Assembly (NCBI GenBank): GCA_965645245.1
Contig: OZ287070.1
Coordinates: forward strand, 930,001-994,000
DNA from: Massalongia carnosa
Taxonomy: Eukaryota
Direction: 5' to 3'
DNA length: 64,000 nt
How positions within the stretch are numbered: position 1 is the stretch's first letter; each line of letters begins with the position of its first letter. Both the position numbers and the translations under genes were made by a program. Positions 37,374 to 49,979 of the stretch are shown here, in pieces. The notes under the pieces were generated by a model, which was given only the letters and a program-made list of their open reading frames with translations, had not been told where the DNA came from and did no database searches.

Positions 37374-38242
37374 GGCGAGTTGAGTTGTTCTAGGCTAGGA
37401 ATTGATCCACTGGACGGTTGTTTCTTGATCGGTCGGACTGAGCTCAAAGAAAGGAAGGGGGGAAGGGCCGGGCAGACATAGACTGTACAGGTTTTATATA
37501 TGAAGATAATGTGATCTGGGTATCATTGTCTATACGAGAAAGCCTAACCATTAGATATTCTCGAGACAGATTAAATACAAGTTTTTCTTCGATTTTGATT
37601 CAGGATGCAGATTTGGCGGCGGCGCCAGTGAGCCTGTAATATTGAGTCGCAAGCTCCAAACTAAGATTTAATGCATCATGAGTCATCATTATACGTTAAA
37701 TGAGGTAATGGTTACCCAATTATGCTCCTCATCATTATGTAACGTTATCCCCTCATGGTGGTAAAACATTGATAGAAAACATTACCCAACGTTACATAAT
37801 GATACAACCGTAACCATTAGGTAATGTTACGCAGATATGGTAGTGTAAGCAGCCCCGGGGTTTGTTTGTCTGTTTACTGACGAAAGGGGTCAACGTTAGG
37901 GTTTCCCCTTTGTCGGTTTCTCGAACACTATTGAATACCTAGGTAGATAAAATGTGGTAGCGCGTTCCCTTACCGATTCTTTCCATTGTATCGATCCTGA
38001 GCCTTTCTTGACTTGCTAAGTTTTCAAGGCACCTATGTATACGTTCCGCTGAGATACAAAGGGGTGGCGGTTTGCAAGGGAAATAATCGCCAGTACAAAA
38101 AAGTCAAGACCAGAAGTGGAGAGATTAAGGATGAAAGGGCTCAATGCAGCAAATCATGACTGGTCGTGGTTTCTGAGAGTATGGGGGTCGGAAAGCAGAA
38201 CCACTTGCTCCAGAACAATCGCCGTTTCTCAACGCCAAATAC

Positions 38243-40055
38243 CTATCCCAATAAATCATTTAACCCTCCCCCGCTCTTCTGCGTTGACCCACCTGGCCGC
38301 TGTGACTGCACCCCTCCTGCTGTGCCAGGCGCAGCAGCACTCCAGATCCCCGCGGTAGCCTTTTCCTTGGCTAGACTGGCCAGATTCGGCCCTTGGTTCC
38401 CAGACGTTGTCGTTTTCTTAAAGCCTGCCGTTGCGCTAGCTGTAGACCATAACGAGCTAAAAGCGTCGCCTCCAGAGGAAGTGAAGGCCTTCGCGGTTGG
38501 CTTAGCGATGGAGCTGGCTGGTTGTTTTGCGCCAAGAATTGAAGGCTGAGAGTTTGTGGGATTGGGGACGGGAACAGACGTAAAGTAATTTGGTTGGGCG
38601 GCTTGGTAGCCGGTTGGTCGCGATTGCTGGGCTTGGGGATTCTGCGATGGAATGGGGGCAAATGAAGTAGACTGCCCAGGAATGCTGTTGACGCTAGGTG
38701 TTGGGGATATAAAGTTAAAGCCGACCAAGTCATTAAGATTAGTCCCTTGTAATGATGATACTGCTTTGGGGGCTGCGAATTGTGTAGTTGATGATGTGGA
38801 AAATGTAGATACTGGTAGTGGTAAAGCTGATACAGAGGCGTTGCTGTATGGTTGTGGGGCCGGAGCCGCAGACTGGAAATCATCGAAATCATCATCTGCC
38901 GAAATGCTGGATTGGAGCGTATTCAGATCATTTAGTGCGTTTGGAACTGCAGTCTTTCCATTCGAGGAGTTCTCTTTTGGTGGGGTTTCTGGTGGAGCTT
39001 CGTCGTCGAATCCGAGGATGTCAATCTCTGGCTCTTTCTTTTTCGGTGGCTCTACCTTCTTAAGTTCTCGTTTCGTAATGGATGACGAGGATATATCGGC
39101 TTTCCTACGCGTTGGAGATGTTATGGCGCCTTCATCAAATTCGTCGTATTCTTCGAATCGATCTCTCCGAGCACTGGAGTCCTGAAATCCTGAAGTATTT
39201 CCTCCAAAACCGCCACCATCGCCATAAACACCTCCGCTGTAAGCTCCATAACCACTCGAATCCTCGCTGCCAAATCCACCGTATTTGCTCCCACTTGAGA
39301 GCCCCCCACTCAACGAGCCGCCTTCCACTCCACCGAATTTATTCCGATTATTTCTGGCCTTTTTACGCTCTGCTCGAATGCGATCCACATCCCCTAGCAT
39401 TTCTGCTAGCTCTTTGGAGCGGTTTCGCACGTTGACTCCCTGATCTTTGCCGTTTTGGTCAATAAAATGAAATTGGCGTAGCATTTTGAGAAGTGAAAGA
39501 TGAGAGCGAGCGTCGTCAATCACGCGCTCCGAGCCGTTTTTGATCAGAAACTCAAGTAATTGTAGGCCCTGGATCCCTATAAGCAATTCGCCGAGGTGTG
39601 AGTCCTGGCTGTTCAGAGACCTTGTAGATTTGCCTCCATTCCTCCGCTGCCTTTTCCGTGAAACGTTTGTAAATCATCGGCATAATTTCATTGAGTAATT
39701 GGCTGAGAACAGCATTTAGCTGCTTTTCTCTGGATAGAGAAACATACCTACTAGCTATGGGTAGCATTGGCGATTTCCTGCATCAGCGTTGACGAAGCCC
39801 CCCAGGGCTCATTGTTGGTCGCTTCCCGGACCTTGAGGAACAGATCAACTCGTGACGTTCGCAGGAATAAGAGGTGGGCGTACCTTTGCTTCCATCTCAG
39901 TGTAGTTCATTACCGCTACAAGTATAACTATTAGCTTTGCCCTTGATTGACATGGCGTTTGCTCTCAACTTACCATTCTGAACCTTCCGCACTCCGGCTT
40001 TCAAATCGTAGAGAGTCAGATTGCTGACTTGATCTTTTATGCTGTTAAGATCCAT
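38243..40055 (-). CDS. ENT3: ENTH-domain epsin-related protein (Ent3/epsinR), 5 exons
   Basis: MDLNSIKDQVSNLTLYDLKAGVRKVQN|AVMNYTEMEAK|VREATNNEPWGASSTLMQEIANATHSY|QLLNEIMPMIYKRFTEKAAEEWRQIYK|GLQLLEFLIKNGSE, with DFDDF and C-terminal DLLG motifs. Confidence 0.93.
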
Positions 40056-42183
40056 TTTGAGGTATTCAAAAAGGATACGGCAATACAGGTAAGATGTATG
40101 AAATGGTTCAATATTGCAGGATTCAGTAGATATCAACGGTCTTATGAGATTCTAGTAAAAACATTCTAAAGTTGTCATTTTCGTATTGAACATATTTGGA
40201 GAGGACCAACTTTATATGTGCTGAAAACATAGAATCCTTGTAAACAGACTGATCGAGATGGAACATCGGATCTTCTGCCTCTTCTCAAGCTCATCGATTG
40301 AATACTGCCCATCTTCGACCGTATTTCTACCCTGTATACCCTAAAGCTCTGTTGTCAACGACTAAGACGAGGATAACGACTTCTTATTCATGAAGCCTCA
40401 ATTCTCCGGGAATTTGTGGTAAAGCATCTACTACCATTATCTCTTCACAAGTCGAATGTACTCTATATAGACTCTATTATTCTCGTTTCTTTGGAATTCC
40501 ATTTAACCTAAATTTCCCGAACGTTGGATATCTCGCAAATAAGTTTTTCTTAGCCTACATAGTATGTTTGTTTGTGCTATCCTTAAGTGCCTTGAGCTGT
40601 TGTTCTGTTGTCCTACGCTATTTATTGTTTCCAGAAAGGTTCTGCTGCGACATATCTAATTATTCATTGCTGCTTGTTCAACGATAAGGGGCTACTCGAA
40701 AGTATACAGTTCCACAGGACGTGCAGCAGAAAATATCTGTAAGAGTGTTTAATGAAGAGAAGGTTCTGTTCTCTCCAAAAAAGCCGTCTTAAAAGGTCTC
40801 TCTAACCCCAATTTTGCCACTTTTAACATGCGGAAACCGCAGCGGAAGCAAGTTGGCACTTCTAGCAACGAGGCACCGCCTCTCAAATCAAAACAATAGA
40901 AACCTCGTCCGCCTTACAATTTAAATGCCTCTAGACTTCCAAATGGTACCACAAAGAAACATATTCGTTTCGTGGCTTGTGGCTGGGTGAAATGGATTGG
41001 AATTTCCGCACTCTCTCCATAGACTTTCGAACCTACAAGCACCCGCTTTGCCAACAGTCGTATCACCAACCATGTTGGCGAAGTCTTTGAAGAAAAAATG
41101 TCAATTCGTCAGTACCGCCTCTACCATTGCCTTTCTTATGTAAATATCATTTTTGTTCGGTAGTCTCTTTTTTTAGGCACCCGCTAAGCGATACAAGTCG
41201 TTCTTTTTATGGCATTTGGTTAGCCGTCCACCTGAGATACACTTACATTAGTATGAAATGCATTTTGTATGCTTGAAATGACTCACGCGTGCTAGTATTA
41301 ACTTAACCTGTCTTTAACTGCAAAACCTACGATCAAGCCTTTCCATGCACGAAGAGGTACTGAATTCATGGAATGACGTCCAATCTCCAGAGCTCCAACT
41401 CATTTAAAATGGGTGCGGAGTATATTGACTAGGGAAATAGTCTAGAGAGGTTTTCAGACCAAAAGTGAGAGTACCAGACTAGAGGTCGACAACGTTTTTT
41501 CTTTTCATGTCGAGATGGAGCATGCCCTTACTTGCATACACATGGCCCCAAAGATATAGAACAAGCCTGTTCTTTTGCAATTGCTTGGCCTATCCCACAT
41601 TAGCCGCCTTGATCTGCTCCATGTGTGATAGGTTGCTAATTTCGGCACACATGAGCAATGGCAGCCTTTTCCAGGTGACGGAAATGAGTTTTCATTGACG
41701 GACAAGAAGGACGAAAACCTCGGTTTTAATGGCAATATCTAGTAGGTAGGGGTGGAGATGGATGCATATTTTGGAGCTTCCTGATGAGTGAAGGAGAGGG
41801 ATGGGGGGCGCTTTTTAGGATTTAGAAAGTCCTACTCTATTTGGTTTTTTGGCCCCAAATAAAAAGACTCGCTCGCGAAAAAGCCGGGAAAAGGTTCAAT
41901 AAAAAAAAATGAGCCAAAATACCAAGAAAGAAAGCCAACGTTGGCAAAAGATCCGACCAAGCCAAATGTACATAGCCAGCCCACGGCAGCTAGTAATAAC
42001 AGGTCCCCCCATACTGACCCAGAAAAAGTGTATCGACCTAAACGCCAAAATCTTAGGCGGCAAAAGAGAATGAAACATAAGCACGCTTGCAACAAGGGTA
42101 TCTCTTGCCATCTACTAGCCTGATTTTGAGACTCAAAATTAAGTTTTCCGTTTAGATTCCCCCATTATTTCGTCAGTGATCAA

Positions 42184-45100
42184 TCAATCGATTTCGACTA
42201 CCTCGCTGGTATTCGGCACTTGAGATGTCTCGGAGCGAGCGGAGGTAGCGGAAGGGCCATTTACGGACGATAATAGCCTGCCAATGCCAGAGCCGTCGCT
42301 GGGCTCTCTAACAACTTCTTCATCTTCCTTAATCTTCCAAGTGCCCTGCTCGTCTAGCACCACGGTTTTTACGTCCAGTCGTTTCATTCTCTCAAGCTCG
42401 ATTCGTACTTTCATGAAGAAGAGGTCCATGACCAAGCTCTGCGGACGAGCGTCGGCGCCGCAGATTGGACACTTGAAGTGGTCAGGCGAGGACGGATGGT
42501 TGGGAGTCTTGCGAATACGGGTCTGGAGGAAAACATCGAGGTCGAAGCATTGGTTGTGGCGACAAGTTCTCCCTCGCACGGGAATGTTAAAGATACGTGC
42601 GGTGTGGGGGTCGGTGAGATCTAGGAGGACTGTTGCGTCGACAACTTCAATATCTGGATCAATGCTGGGTGGGTGTGCTAGAATACGCCTTAGAGACTCT
42701 TGCCCGTCAAGTTTTGCAATCGCCTCTTTGATCTTAGTGGAGTCGGTTATCTCTATCGTTTCCAGTCCAAGTTCAAACGAGACTTGATCATCTTGTCTGA
42801 GAGTGGTAGTCGCTATCGAGAACGTGTTGTTGCCTTCTCTGAGATGTTTCGTCACATCGATAGATAGGTCTTTGCCGTGATGGATTTTCCTTCTAATCTC
42901 AAGAGCAGTTCCATTTAGCAGCAACGCAACACCATTTGGCCAAGTATTATCAGTGACTACCCACTCACTTTCAGTAACAGGGGTATCGCCCTTTACTTTG
43001 ATGCAGCGTATACGACAAAGAAGAGTTCCTGGTCGAACCATTCGTGTTGGCGGTGCGCCGTTAGGCCCCGATACCTCTGATGCCAGTAAATCAGAGCTCT
43101 CCTTCCTTACTTCAAAACTCCACTTGAAGTGCCTTTTTACCGTGCTCAGCCGGTTGGGCATCACGGAAAGCCCTTTTACAAACCCAAAGAAATCGTTTTG
43201 GCTGATTGAATTTCCGGTATCATCTACCGCAACTAGGATCGGGCTTCTGGCTTGCGCCTGATGTAATGCAGTGGATCCCTGAGCAGGAGGATCGGCTGTT
43301 GAACGAAAATAACCCCTTGGAGGTCGTAGCTGCTGTGGCATCGGCGCTTCGAAATTCAGTCCAGCAGCATCCTGGATTTGCGTTGAGTTTGGGATGGTGT
43401 GTGGGCCATTTGAATTACCGGAAACATACATATTAGAATAGCTAGTGGGTGAAAAATCTTGAGCTTGCCTTTGTATTGAATGGGTGGGACTATAATATTG
43501 TGGCACAAGCTGGACATCAAGTTGCGAGGGGCAAGAAACCCCAGAAAGCGCGGTACCCGGTGAGCTAGTTGCAACCCGAATACTCTCCAAACTTGGACGC
43601 CCCCTCCGGGCCCCATTAGATTGAACTTGGGGTCTTTCACGACGGCCTGTGATAGAACGGTCTTGTTTTTGCATCCCTTGCATTTGAGTATGAATCGCCG
43701 TTGGACTATCTTGCACATTCGAGCCCAGAATCATGCTTGATGACTGGCTATGCTGTGGATACTGTACATTAGATGGTAGCATGACGCCCATAGACTGTGG
43801 GTGAGAACCTGGCGGATAAAAAGGGGTTGGGACCCCTCGTGTAAGGAAAGGACTTAGGGGAGTAGCCGAGGAGGGCGACGAGGGTACCACCGATGGTCTT
43901 TCGAGACTATTTGTAGAACCTAGTATAATGGATGGCGTGTTGATGCTTAGTGGAGGTGCTGGTCGGGCGTTCGAAGAAAGGAGTGAAGGCCGAGAGAGAT
44001 CTTGAGAAGACATAGTATTTCTTGTTGATGCAATACGACTGTGAGATTGTTGCGGTGGCGCCATCGACGTATTGATTGCTTGCACTCTGCTATCGCCTTT
44101 CTGGGTAGTTTGCTGATTCTGTAACTGTTGTGGAAAATGGCCTTGATGCTGAGCCCAGAGACGCTGATACTCAATCGCTAATGACTGATTGTAAGATAAT
44201 ATTTTTGCTTGAGTGATCGCTTGTGGTGTTCCGACCAAAGACTGTCTGGCCTGGACCGCGTGCTGATTTTGGAAAAATAGTTTTTCACATGCAACGTAGC
44301 ATTCATCGTGAAGGCCCAACCAAATATCGCGCAATATGGCTCTGCTAATGACACGCTGCAGGACGATGGAATCCACTCCAAGAATATCAATCATTTCGTC
44401 CACGAGCGGTGGATAATATCTATACTGGCAATTATTCCTAACCTGATACCAAAATTGCGGGAGTTTAGCTAGGCAAGCAAGAACCTTCTCATGCGTTACA
44501 TGCAGAATCGGCCAGGCCTCCAGCAGTTGCATAAGAGGGCGAGGGAATCCCGAAAACCAAGTTACAGCGTCATCATCCAGTTTGGTGTTAGGAAGTAGAA
44601 GACGATCAAGAATCATAACACCACCTGCATGATCCGAGTTGAAACCATGCGCTAGCTGAGGACTGGCAGCTAAGCTATTAGGACCCAGGCAGAACAGTTG
44701 ATGGATTATCAGATAGAAGAAATCTAGACAGTCACATGCATCCTGTAGAAGCCCTAGGCGCGGAATCTCGATAGATGAGCCCTTCTGGCTGCCGATAGCC
44801 TCCACACGACGGGAAATTTGCTCCTTGAATGAGAGTGTAGCTGCATGAGGTTGATTCCATTCGGGTGTGGTTGGCAACGCTAGAGGAACTCTCGATATAG
44901 CTGGAGCTATTGAAGATCGAGACGAGGTTTCAGAAACCGAGCTTGGTGTTGGATGAGCTCGTTTCCGCGATATGCTTTCATTTTGTTGCGTTCTTTTCCT
45001 TACTACCATGCCCGGAGCATCTTGGAGAGATCCAGAGGCTGCTTCCGTAGAAAACGACACAGGAGAATCATTGCGTGACCCATCATCACGAAGCCGCCTT

Positions 45101-45693
45101 TCAAGCTCGTTGACACCTCCATAATGTTTGATTAGCACACTCAACCGATCTGTGTTCGGTACCTCTTCACCAACTTTTGCTTGCTGGCCTGACTGGTGCT
45201 GCACCTCCTGTCCCTCTCGTTCGCCCAACAAGTCTACAGCATGCACACTACCTTGGCGGGGTTCGTCGCTCGGAGCTGGAGAGGGAAGCACTGTGTCCGC
45301 GGCTGAATCTAAATCTTTTGACAATGTACTGGTCGCATTGGCTATGCTCATTGAAGCCTGCAAATATGAAGGCGGCGAGGTTACCCGGTGGGCAGCTGGA
45401 GCAGAGTATTGTAGAGCTTGGGACTCATAACTCGCAGCTGCTTGATGAATTCCCGACAGTGTATCCACTGTGTGGCCTGTAACGTTATCTGGCCGTATAT
45501 GATTCGTTATTGAGCGACTATTCGTATGGCGCGACGTATGGTTCGGCCAGATCTGATGGCCTATCATCCAAGATTTCTGAGTGCCTCCTAAAAATTTTGT
45601 CATGGTTGAGTTGGACGATTCAAAGTCTTTGGCTGCAGAATTTCTAGAGTCCGTTCCACCTTTATCGCGGGGGCGCCCATAGGACGATGGCAT
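42184..45693 (-). CDS. MIZ/SP-RING zinc-finger protein (Zmiz/Siz-like)
   Basis: C-terminal LDLTDPHTARIFNIPVRGRTCRHNQCFDLDVFL...CPICG is an SP-RING, preceded by WP..V.L.LNG..L...RK. Long single ORF, first ATG at 45693. Confidence 0.88.
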   Translation of the reverse strand: MPSSYGRPRDKGGTDSRNSAAKDFESSNSTMTKFLGGTQKSWMIGHQIWPNHTSRHTNSRSITNHIRPDNVTGHTVDTLSGIHQAAASYESQALQYSAPAAHRVTSPPSYLQASMSIANATSTLSKDLDSAADTVLPSPAPSDEPRQGSVHAVDLLGEREGQEVQHQSGQQAKVGEEVPNTDRLSVLIKHYGGVNELERRLRDDGSRNDSPVSFSTEAASGSLQDAPGMVVRKRTQQNESISRKRAHPTPSSVSETSSRSSIAPAISRVPLALPTTPEWNQPHAATLSFKEQISRRVEAIGSQKGSSIEIPRLGLLQDACDCLDFFYLIIHQLFCLGPNSLAASPQLAHGFNSDHAGGVMILDRLLLPNTKLDDDAVTWFSGFPRPLMQLLEAWPILHVTHEKVLACLAKLPQFWYQVRNNCQYRYYPPLVDEMIDILGVDSIVLQRVISRAILRDIWLGLHDECYVACEKLFFQNQHAVQARQSLVGTPQAITQAKILSYNQSLAIEYQRLWAQHQGHFPQQLQNQQTTQKGDSRVQAINTSMAPPQQSHSRIASTRNTMSSQDLSRPSLLSSNARPAPPLSINTPSIILGSTNSLERPSVVPSSPSSATPLSPFLTRGVPTPFYPPGSHPQSMGVMLPSNVQYPQHSQSSSMILGSNVQDSPTAIHTQMQGMQKQDRSITGRRERPQVQSNGARRGRPSLESIRVATSSPGTALSGVSCPSQLDVQLVPQYYSPTHSIQRQAQDFSPTSYSNMYVSGNSNGPHTIPNSTQIQDAAGLNFEAPMPQQLRPPRGYFRSTADPPAQGSTALHQAQARSPILVAVDDTGNSISQNDFFGFVKGLSVMPNRLSTVKRHFKWSFEVRKESSDLLASEVSGPNGAPPTRMVRPGTLLCRIRCIKVKGDTPVTESEWVVTDNTWPNGVALLLNGTALEIRRKIHHGKDLSIDVTKHLREGNNTFSIATTTLRQDDQVSFELGLETIEITDSTKIKEAIAKLDGQESLRRILAHPPSIDPDIEVVDATVLLDLTDPHTARIFNIPVRGRTCRHNQCFDLDVFLQTRIRKTPNHPSSPDHFKCPICGADARPQSLVMDLFFMKVRIELERMKRLDVKTVVLDEQGTWKIKEDEEVVREPSDGSGIGRLLSSVNGPSATSARSETSQVPNTSEVVEID

Positions 45694-46691
45694 CTTGAGA
45701 AGAAACAACCATATATCAGAGGTCGCCTGTACATATCAGACCGCTTGCAGATATATTATGATAGTCTGTTAGGCCTACAGTGTAGTCATAGACGGGGGTG
45801 TTCTGCTTCTGATCCTCTACAACGTATCATGAAGCTTTTTCGAAAAGAATTCAAGATTTGTCCACTCCTCCTCTCCTCCTCATAGGCGAGGGAGTTGTAA
45901 AAGACCAGTAAATACGTTGGTTCGTTGACATTTGACTATCTTCTCAGTCAAGTGTGAAAATAAGATGAGTGGGCAGATAGTGTAGGTACTAGTACAGAAC
46001 AAGACGATAAAGACTAAGTGTCGCAAGGCGTATATGTACGAAGTACTGGAACTGATTGTATCCTTGCATGTGTTTGCGCTTATATAAGATTTTAAAAAAA
46101 CCTCTAGTGCCACATAATACCTGTAGCGTATACTTCGTACGGAGTACTCCTAAAGATCCCATCTAGGTACTTCGTACAGGGTACTTTATCTTAGATACCA
46201 AAGTGTGTGACTCCCTAACCTTGTTTCCGTTTAACCCTCGGGCTGATTGATCGTCCGGGAGGATTTCGGAAAACAGACAGACACGTGATAATAACGTGCA
46301 ACAGTTTTAGTTTCGCTCTCCTTCCACCATGACGGTGATGAACTTGCTCAAGGCTTCATCAATTATCAGCCCCCAGTCTCTTCAAATGCCCCGCATTACC
46401 CGATACACAGTTCCAGATCCACATCACTCGTGCAGCGGTAACAGACATAACCTATGGCTTGCCGAGTGACGTGGTGTGGTGCTTGATTGCGACACCTCCG
46501 AATCTTGGTTCCATTCTACCTTTTTCTGCTAGCGACGACCGATATAATCCTTCATCTACCCTCTGTGCTTGACGCTCGGCACGGAACGAAAATCTCGCGA
46601 ATTTCACGGTGTCGACTCGCGCGCGAATATTCATGAATTTGCTCCTTCCGAGATTGAGAGATCTGTATGGATGATAGGATTTGATTCACTG

Positions 46692-49600
46692 ATGGCTCTC
46701 AGACATTTGGGAGATTCGCCAAAGAAAGCTTTGCCCGGGCAGATGCTCTTAGTCGTCCGTAAGTGATCTTGCTTTTTCGTACGGACCGGCCCATATGTGG
46801 ACATTGGCGATAAAGAGCTGTAAAGAACTATGTTCCGCTGTCCTATGTTCGATCGAGTAGATCATAACTAGAGAATGGGTTTTCAATAAGGGGTTACACA
46901 TACTGATAGATGTGCAACAGACGACTTCGAAGCTCGAAGCTCAGACGAATTGAGCTTGCTGAAAGGAGAAAGGATTGAGCTGATTGAACGGGATGACGAT
47001 TTTGGAGATGGTTGGTATCTTGGAAAACATGTTCAGAATGGAAGAGTTGGGCTTTTCCCCGAGAGTAAGCACATCGAAAGGGTTGACTAGGTTCAAGCTG
47101 TATCTGACACAGGTCTGGTAGTATACACTACTGTAACTCCTCGAGTTAATAATCACTCGGGGGCCGCTACTATGCCAGGTCGTGTGAGTTCATCTTCTGG
47201 CCATACCATGGGCTCTCCTAGGATAAGTCTTTCCTCTCAGAACGACTATGGGCAGGCTTCTCCTTCCAATATCCACAACTCAGTATTTCATGCCACAGAG
47301 ACTCTCAGCTCTGGGGGTGCAATGCCTTCACCACTAAACACAGCACCAACATCCCACAGCACCCCTTCCCAGCCGAGCAACTATGTGTCACCTCAAACTC
47401 TGACAGCACCTAAAACTGTACAACGAAGTCTCAGCATATCGCTCGGCACCCACCGAGGGCAAGGTGAAGAAAGCCCGGTGATGCATGAAACATTAAGTGT
47501 GATTAACGAGCATATTACGGACCTGAACACTCCGCGCTCCAGTCTCATGGTCGGAGACCGCCGAGGGACAAATGATTCGAGTAGCGATTATAGCACCTAT
47601 ATCGACCATCGCCTTTCATACATAGCCGGCCATGAAACCGATGAAGAGGAACATGATCTCTATTCTGATAGCGAGGTTTTGAGTTGGAATCCGCAACAAG
47701 TGGCTGAATACCTTAAAGGGATTGGAGTTGAACCGCGACATTGTGAAGTCTTTAAAGAACAAGAGATTAGTGGTGAGGTATTGCTGGCAATGGACCAAAC
47801 TTCAATATTCGTCAAAGAATTTGACTTGGGGCTAGTGGGCCGTAGATTGCGCACCTGGCATAAGATCAAGGCGTTTCAAGATGAAGTCCGAAATCACAGT
47901 CCTGTTGTCAACAGAACGCTAGATCTTTTCGGCGGTGATGGGTCGCCAGTCGAAACCGAAATGGGCGAAAGGAGAAAGAGCTCTCACCCATCGACACTTC
48001 CCCAGCTGACCACCTTTCCTGATCAACTGCAGTCTGGAGACTCCCAATCCCAGCCGGAAACTTTGGATACCCAGCCTTCATTCTCACCTCAATTGCTTCA
48101 GCGCCACAAAAGTGACGCTAAGTCCATAACGCCATCTTTCACATTTACTTCCAGCCCTGAAAGTCCCCATCGACCTTCAGCTGCTTCCGTTCGGGAGTTT
48201 AATCATTCTAGGCGCCACTCCGCAATCGATTTTGCATCTTCTTTTAGTCTCGAGAGTCTGATAGATAAAAGTGGACTCACCTCAGGCGCCAAAATTGTTG
48301 CTTCACCTCACAAGAAGGCTCCCTCTCTGGATCGCAATTGGACGATGGGAAGTTCATTCTCCTCGGTGAATGGACGTCCCTTCTCCGCTATCACTCCTAG
48401 CATGACGCTGAGTAAGGATCGCAATACGTTCGATCCAAGTGTAGAAGCTTCGGACCTCGCTGATATCACGGCAAAAGACCTTGATCGAGGCTATGCTTCA
48501 GGCGGCGAAATAGATTGCAAGAAATCTCGCAATGTCCTCCGAAAGCGGGACGTGGCAAGCACAACCCATTCGAGACAGATTAGCTATTTTGAGGACCATC
48601 GTCGCATGAACGTTCCTAGATCGAGACGTCAATCCCGCTTTGGAAGTGTTGATTCAATCCGTGATACGGTGGCGAGCATCACTGCCCCAGCTTCTAAGCT
48701 TTATCATGGCGCCAGCATAAGGGGCAGGTTCCGCAACTCGAGTTTGAATGACACCGCTCCTACCGTAGACTCGTCGAGCGCTATCAGTTCACCGGCTGTC
48801 ACCAAACTCGAATATGATCAGAAGCCTCATATGCGTATTTTCACGTCTTCGCCGAAACCAAAAAGTGAAGTGTTTCTGAATGGCTCACCTCAATCCTCTG
48901 TGGCGACTCCGAAATCCGTTACAAAACAGCGAATGGGTCTCAGAGCTATATCGGATGCTGTGACGGGCAATGAAAAGGCTTTGATCGGATCACCGGCTTC
49001 AAGGGCATCTCCAAGCAAGGAGTCTACTGTACAGTCCCCTACCCGGACTGGATCAACAACGCCATCTGGAGCATCGCAGAGCATTGAACTCGAGAGCACC
49101 GATGCATCCTCCAAAGGCGCTAACAGCGCACCCGTGGGTCTGACTCCAACTAGGGCAAAAACCCGCCGAAAGCCAAAGAAAGAGACAAGCGCATATGTCC
49201 GAGGTCTCGAGCAAAAGTCCCCTCAAGAACAGATGGAGGGTTGTGATTACAATGGGTGGATGAAGAAGAAATCTTCGAATCTGATGACTACATGGAAACC
49301 TCGATTGTTTGTTCTTCGCGGACGCCGCCTTTCGTATTACTATTCGGAGGATGATACTGAAGAGAAGGGACTTATTGATATATCATCTCATCGTGTTCTG
49401 CCTGCCGATAATGATTTTATTACTGGCATTCACGCCACAGTCACTGGTGCCAAAGCCTCCCCTATTTCACCTTCAACCGCCCAAAGCTTAACATTGGCTT
49501 CCATAGAAGCGGCTGCCAAATCCGAATGCTCCACACAAAAGCTTAATTCAGACGCAGTCTTCATCTTCAAGCTCGTTCCTCCTCGCACTGGACTGTCCCG

Positions 49601-49979
49601 GGCCGTTAATTTCACCAAGCCAACTGTCCACTATTTCGCTGTGGACAATATCATTCAAGGCAGGCTCTGGATGGCCGCATTGATGAAGGCAACGATTGAT
49701 CGCGATGAAACTAAACCGGTTACCACAACCTTTCAGCAAAAAACCATTAGTCTTGTGAAAGCAAGAGCCTTGAGGCATCGACCCCCGGCCCTGATGGGCT
49801 TTGAGGGGAAGACTGAAAGCCTTGACGAAGGCTCGAAAGGTGATGAACCAGGTTTAAATATCCAGGGGGTGGACTCTGATGCTGAATGTCACGGGCCAGA
49901 TTCTACAAGACCGGGGAGTATTGATATTGACCTCACATCAGCACCTCGAATGACCGAGATCACGGATAGGTATGGATAG
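46692..49979 (+). CDS. BOI2: Polarity scaffold Boi1/Boi2 (Pob1) family, SH3-SAM-PH, 3 exons
   Basis: Spliced SH3 (LLVVH|DFEARSSDELSLLKGERIELIERDDDFGDGWYLG...GLFPE|IYT), SAM (WNPQQVAEYL...FKEQEISGEVLL) and PH (GWMKKKS...WKPRLFVLRGRRLSYYYS). Introns 46759..46920 and about 47065..47121. Confidence 0.92.

Larger units (their letters stand above)
35314..37845. mobile_element. Non-autonomous CACTA (CMC-EnSpm)-type DNA transposon, 2532 bp
   Basis: Left end CACTACCAGATCCGTGTCATATTACCCAA versus reverse-complemented right end CACTACCATATCTGCGTAACATTACCTAA (23 of 29 identical). TA flanks both ends. Subterminal ATTACCCAA/GGGTAAT repeats occur at both ends. No transposase recognised. Confidence 0.82.
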
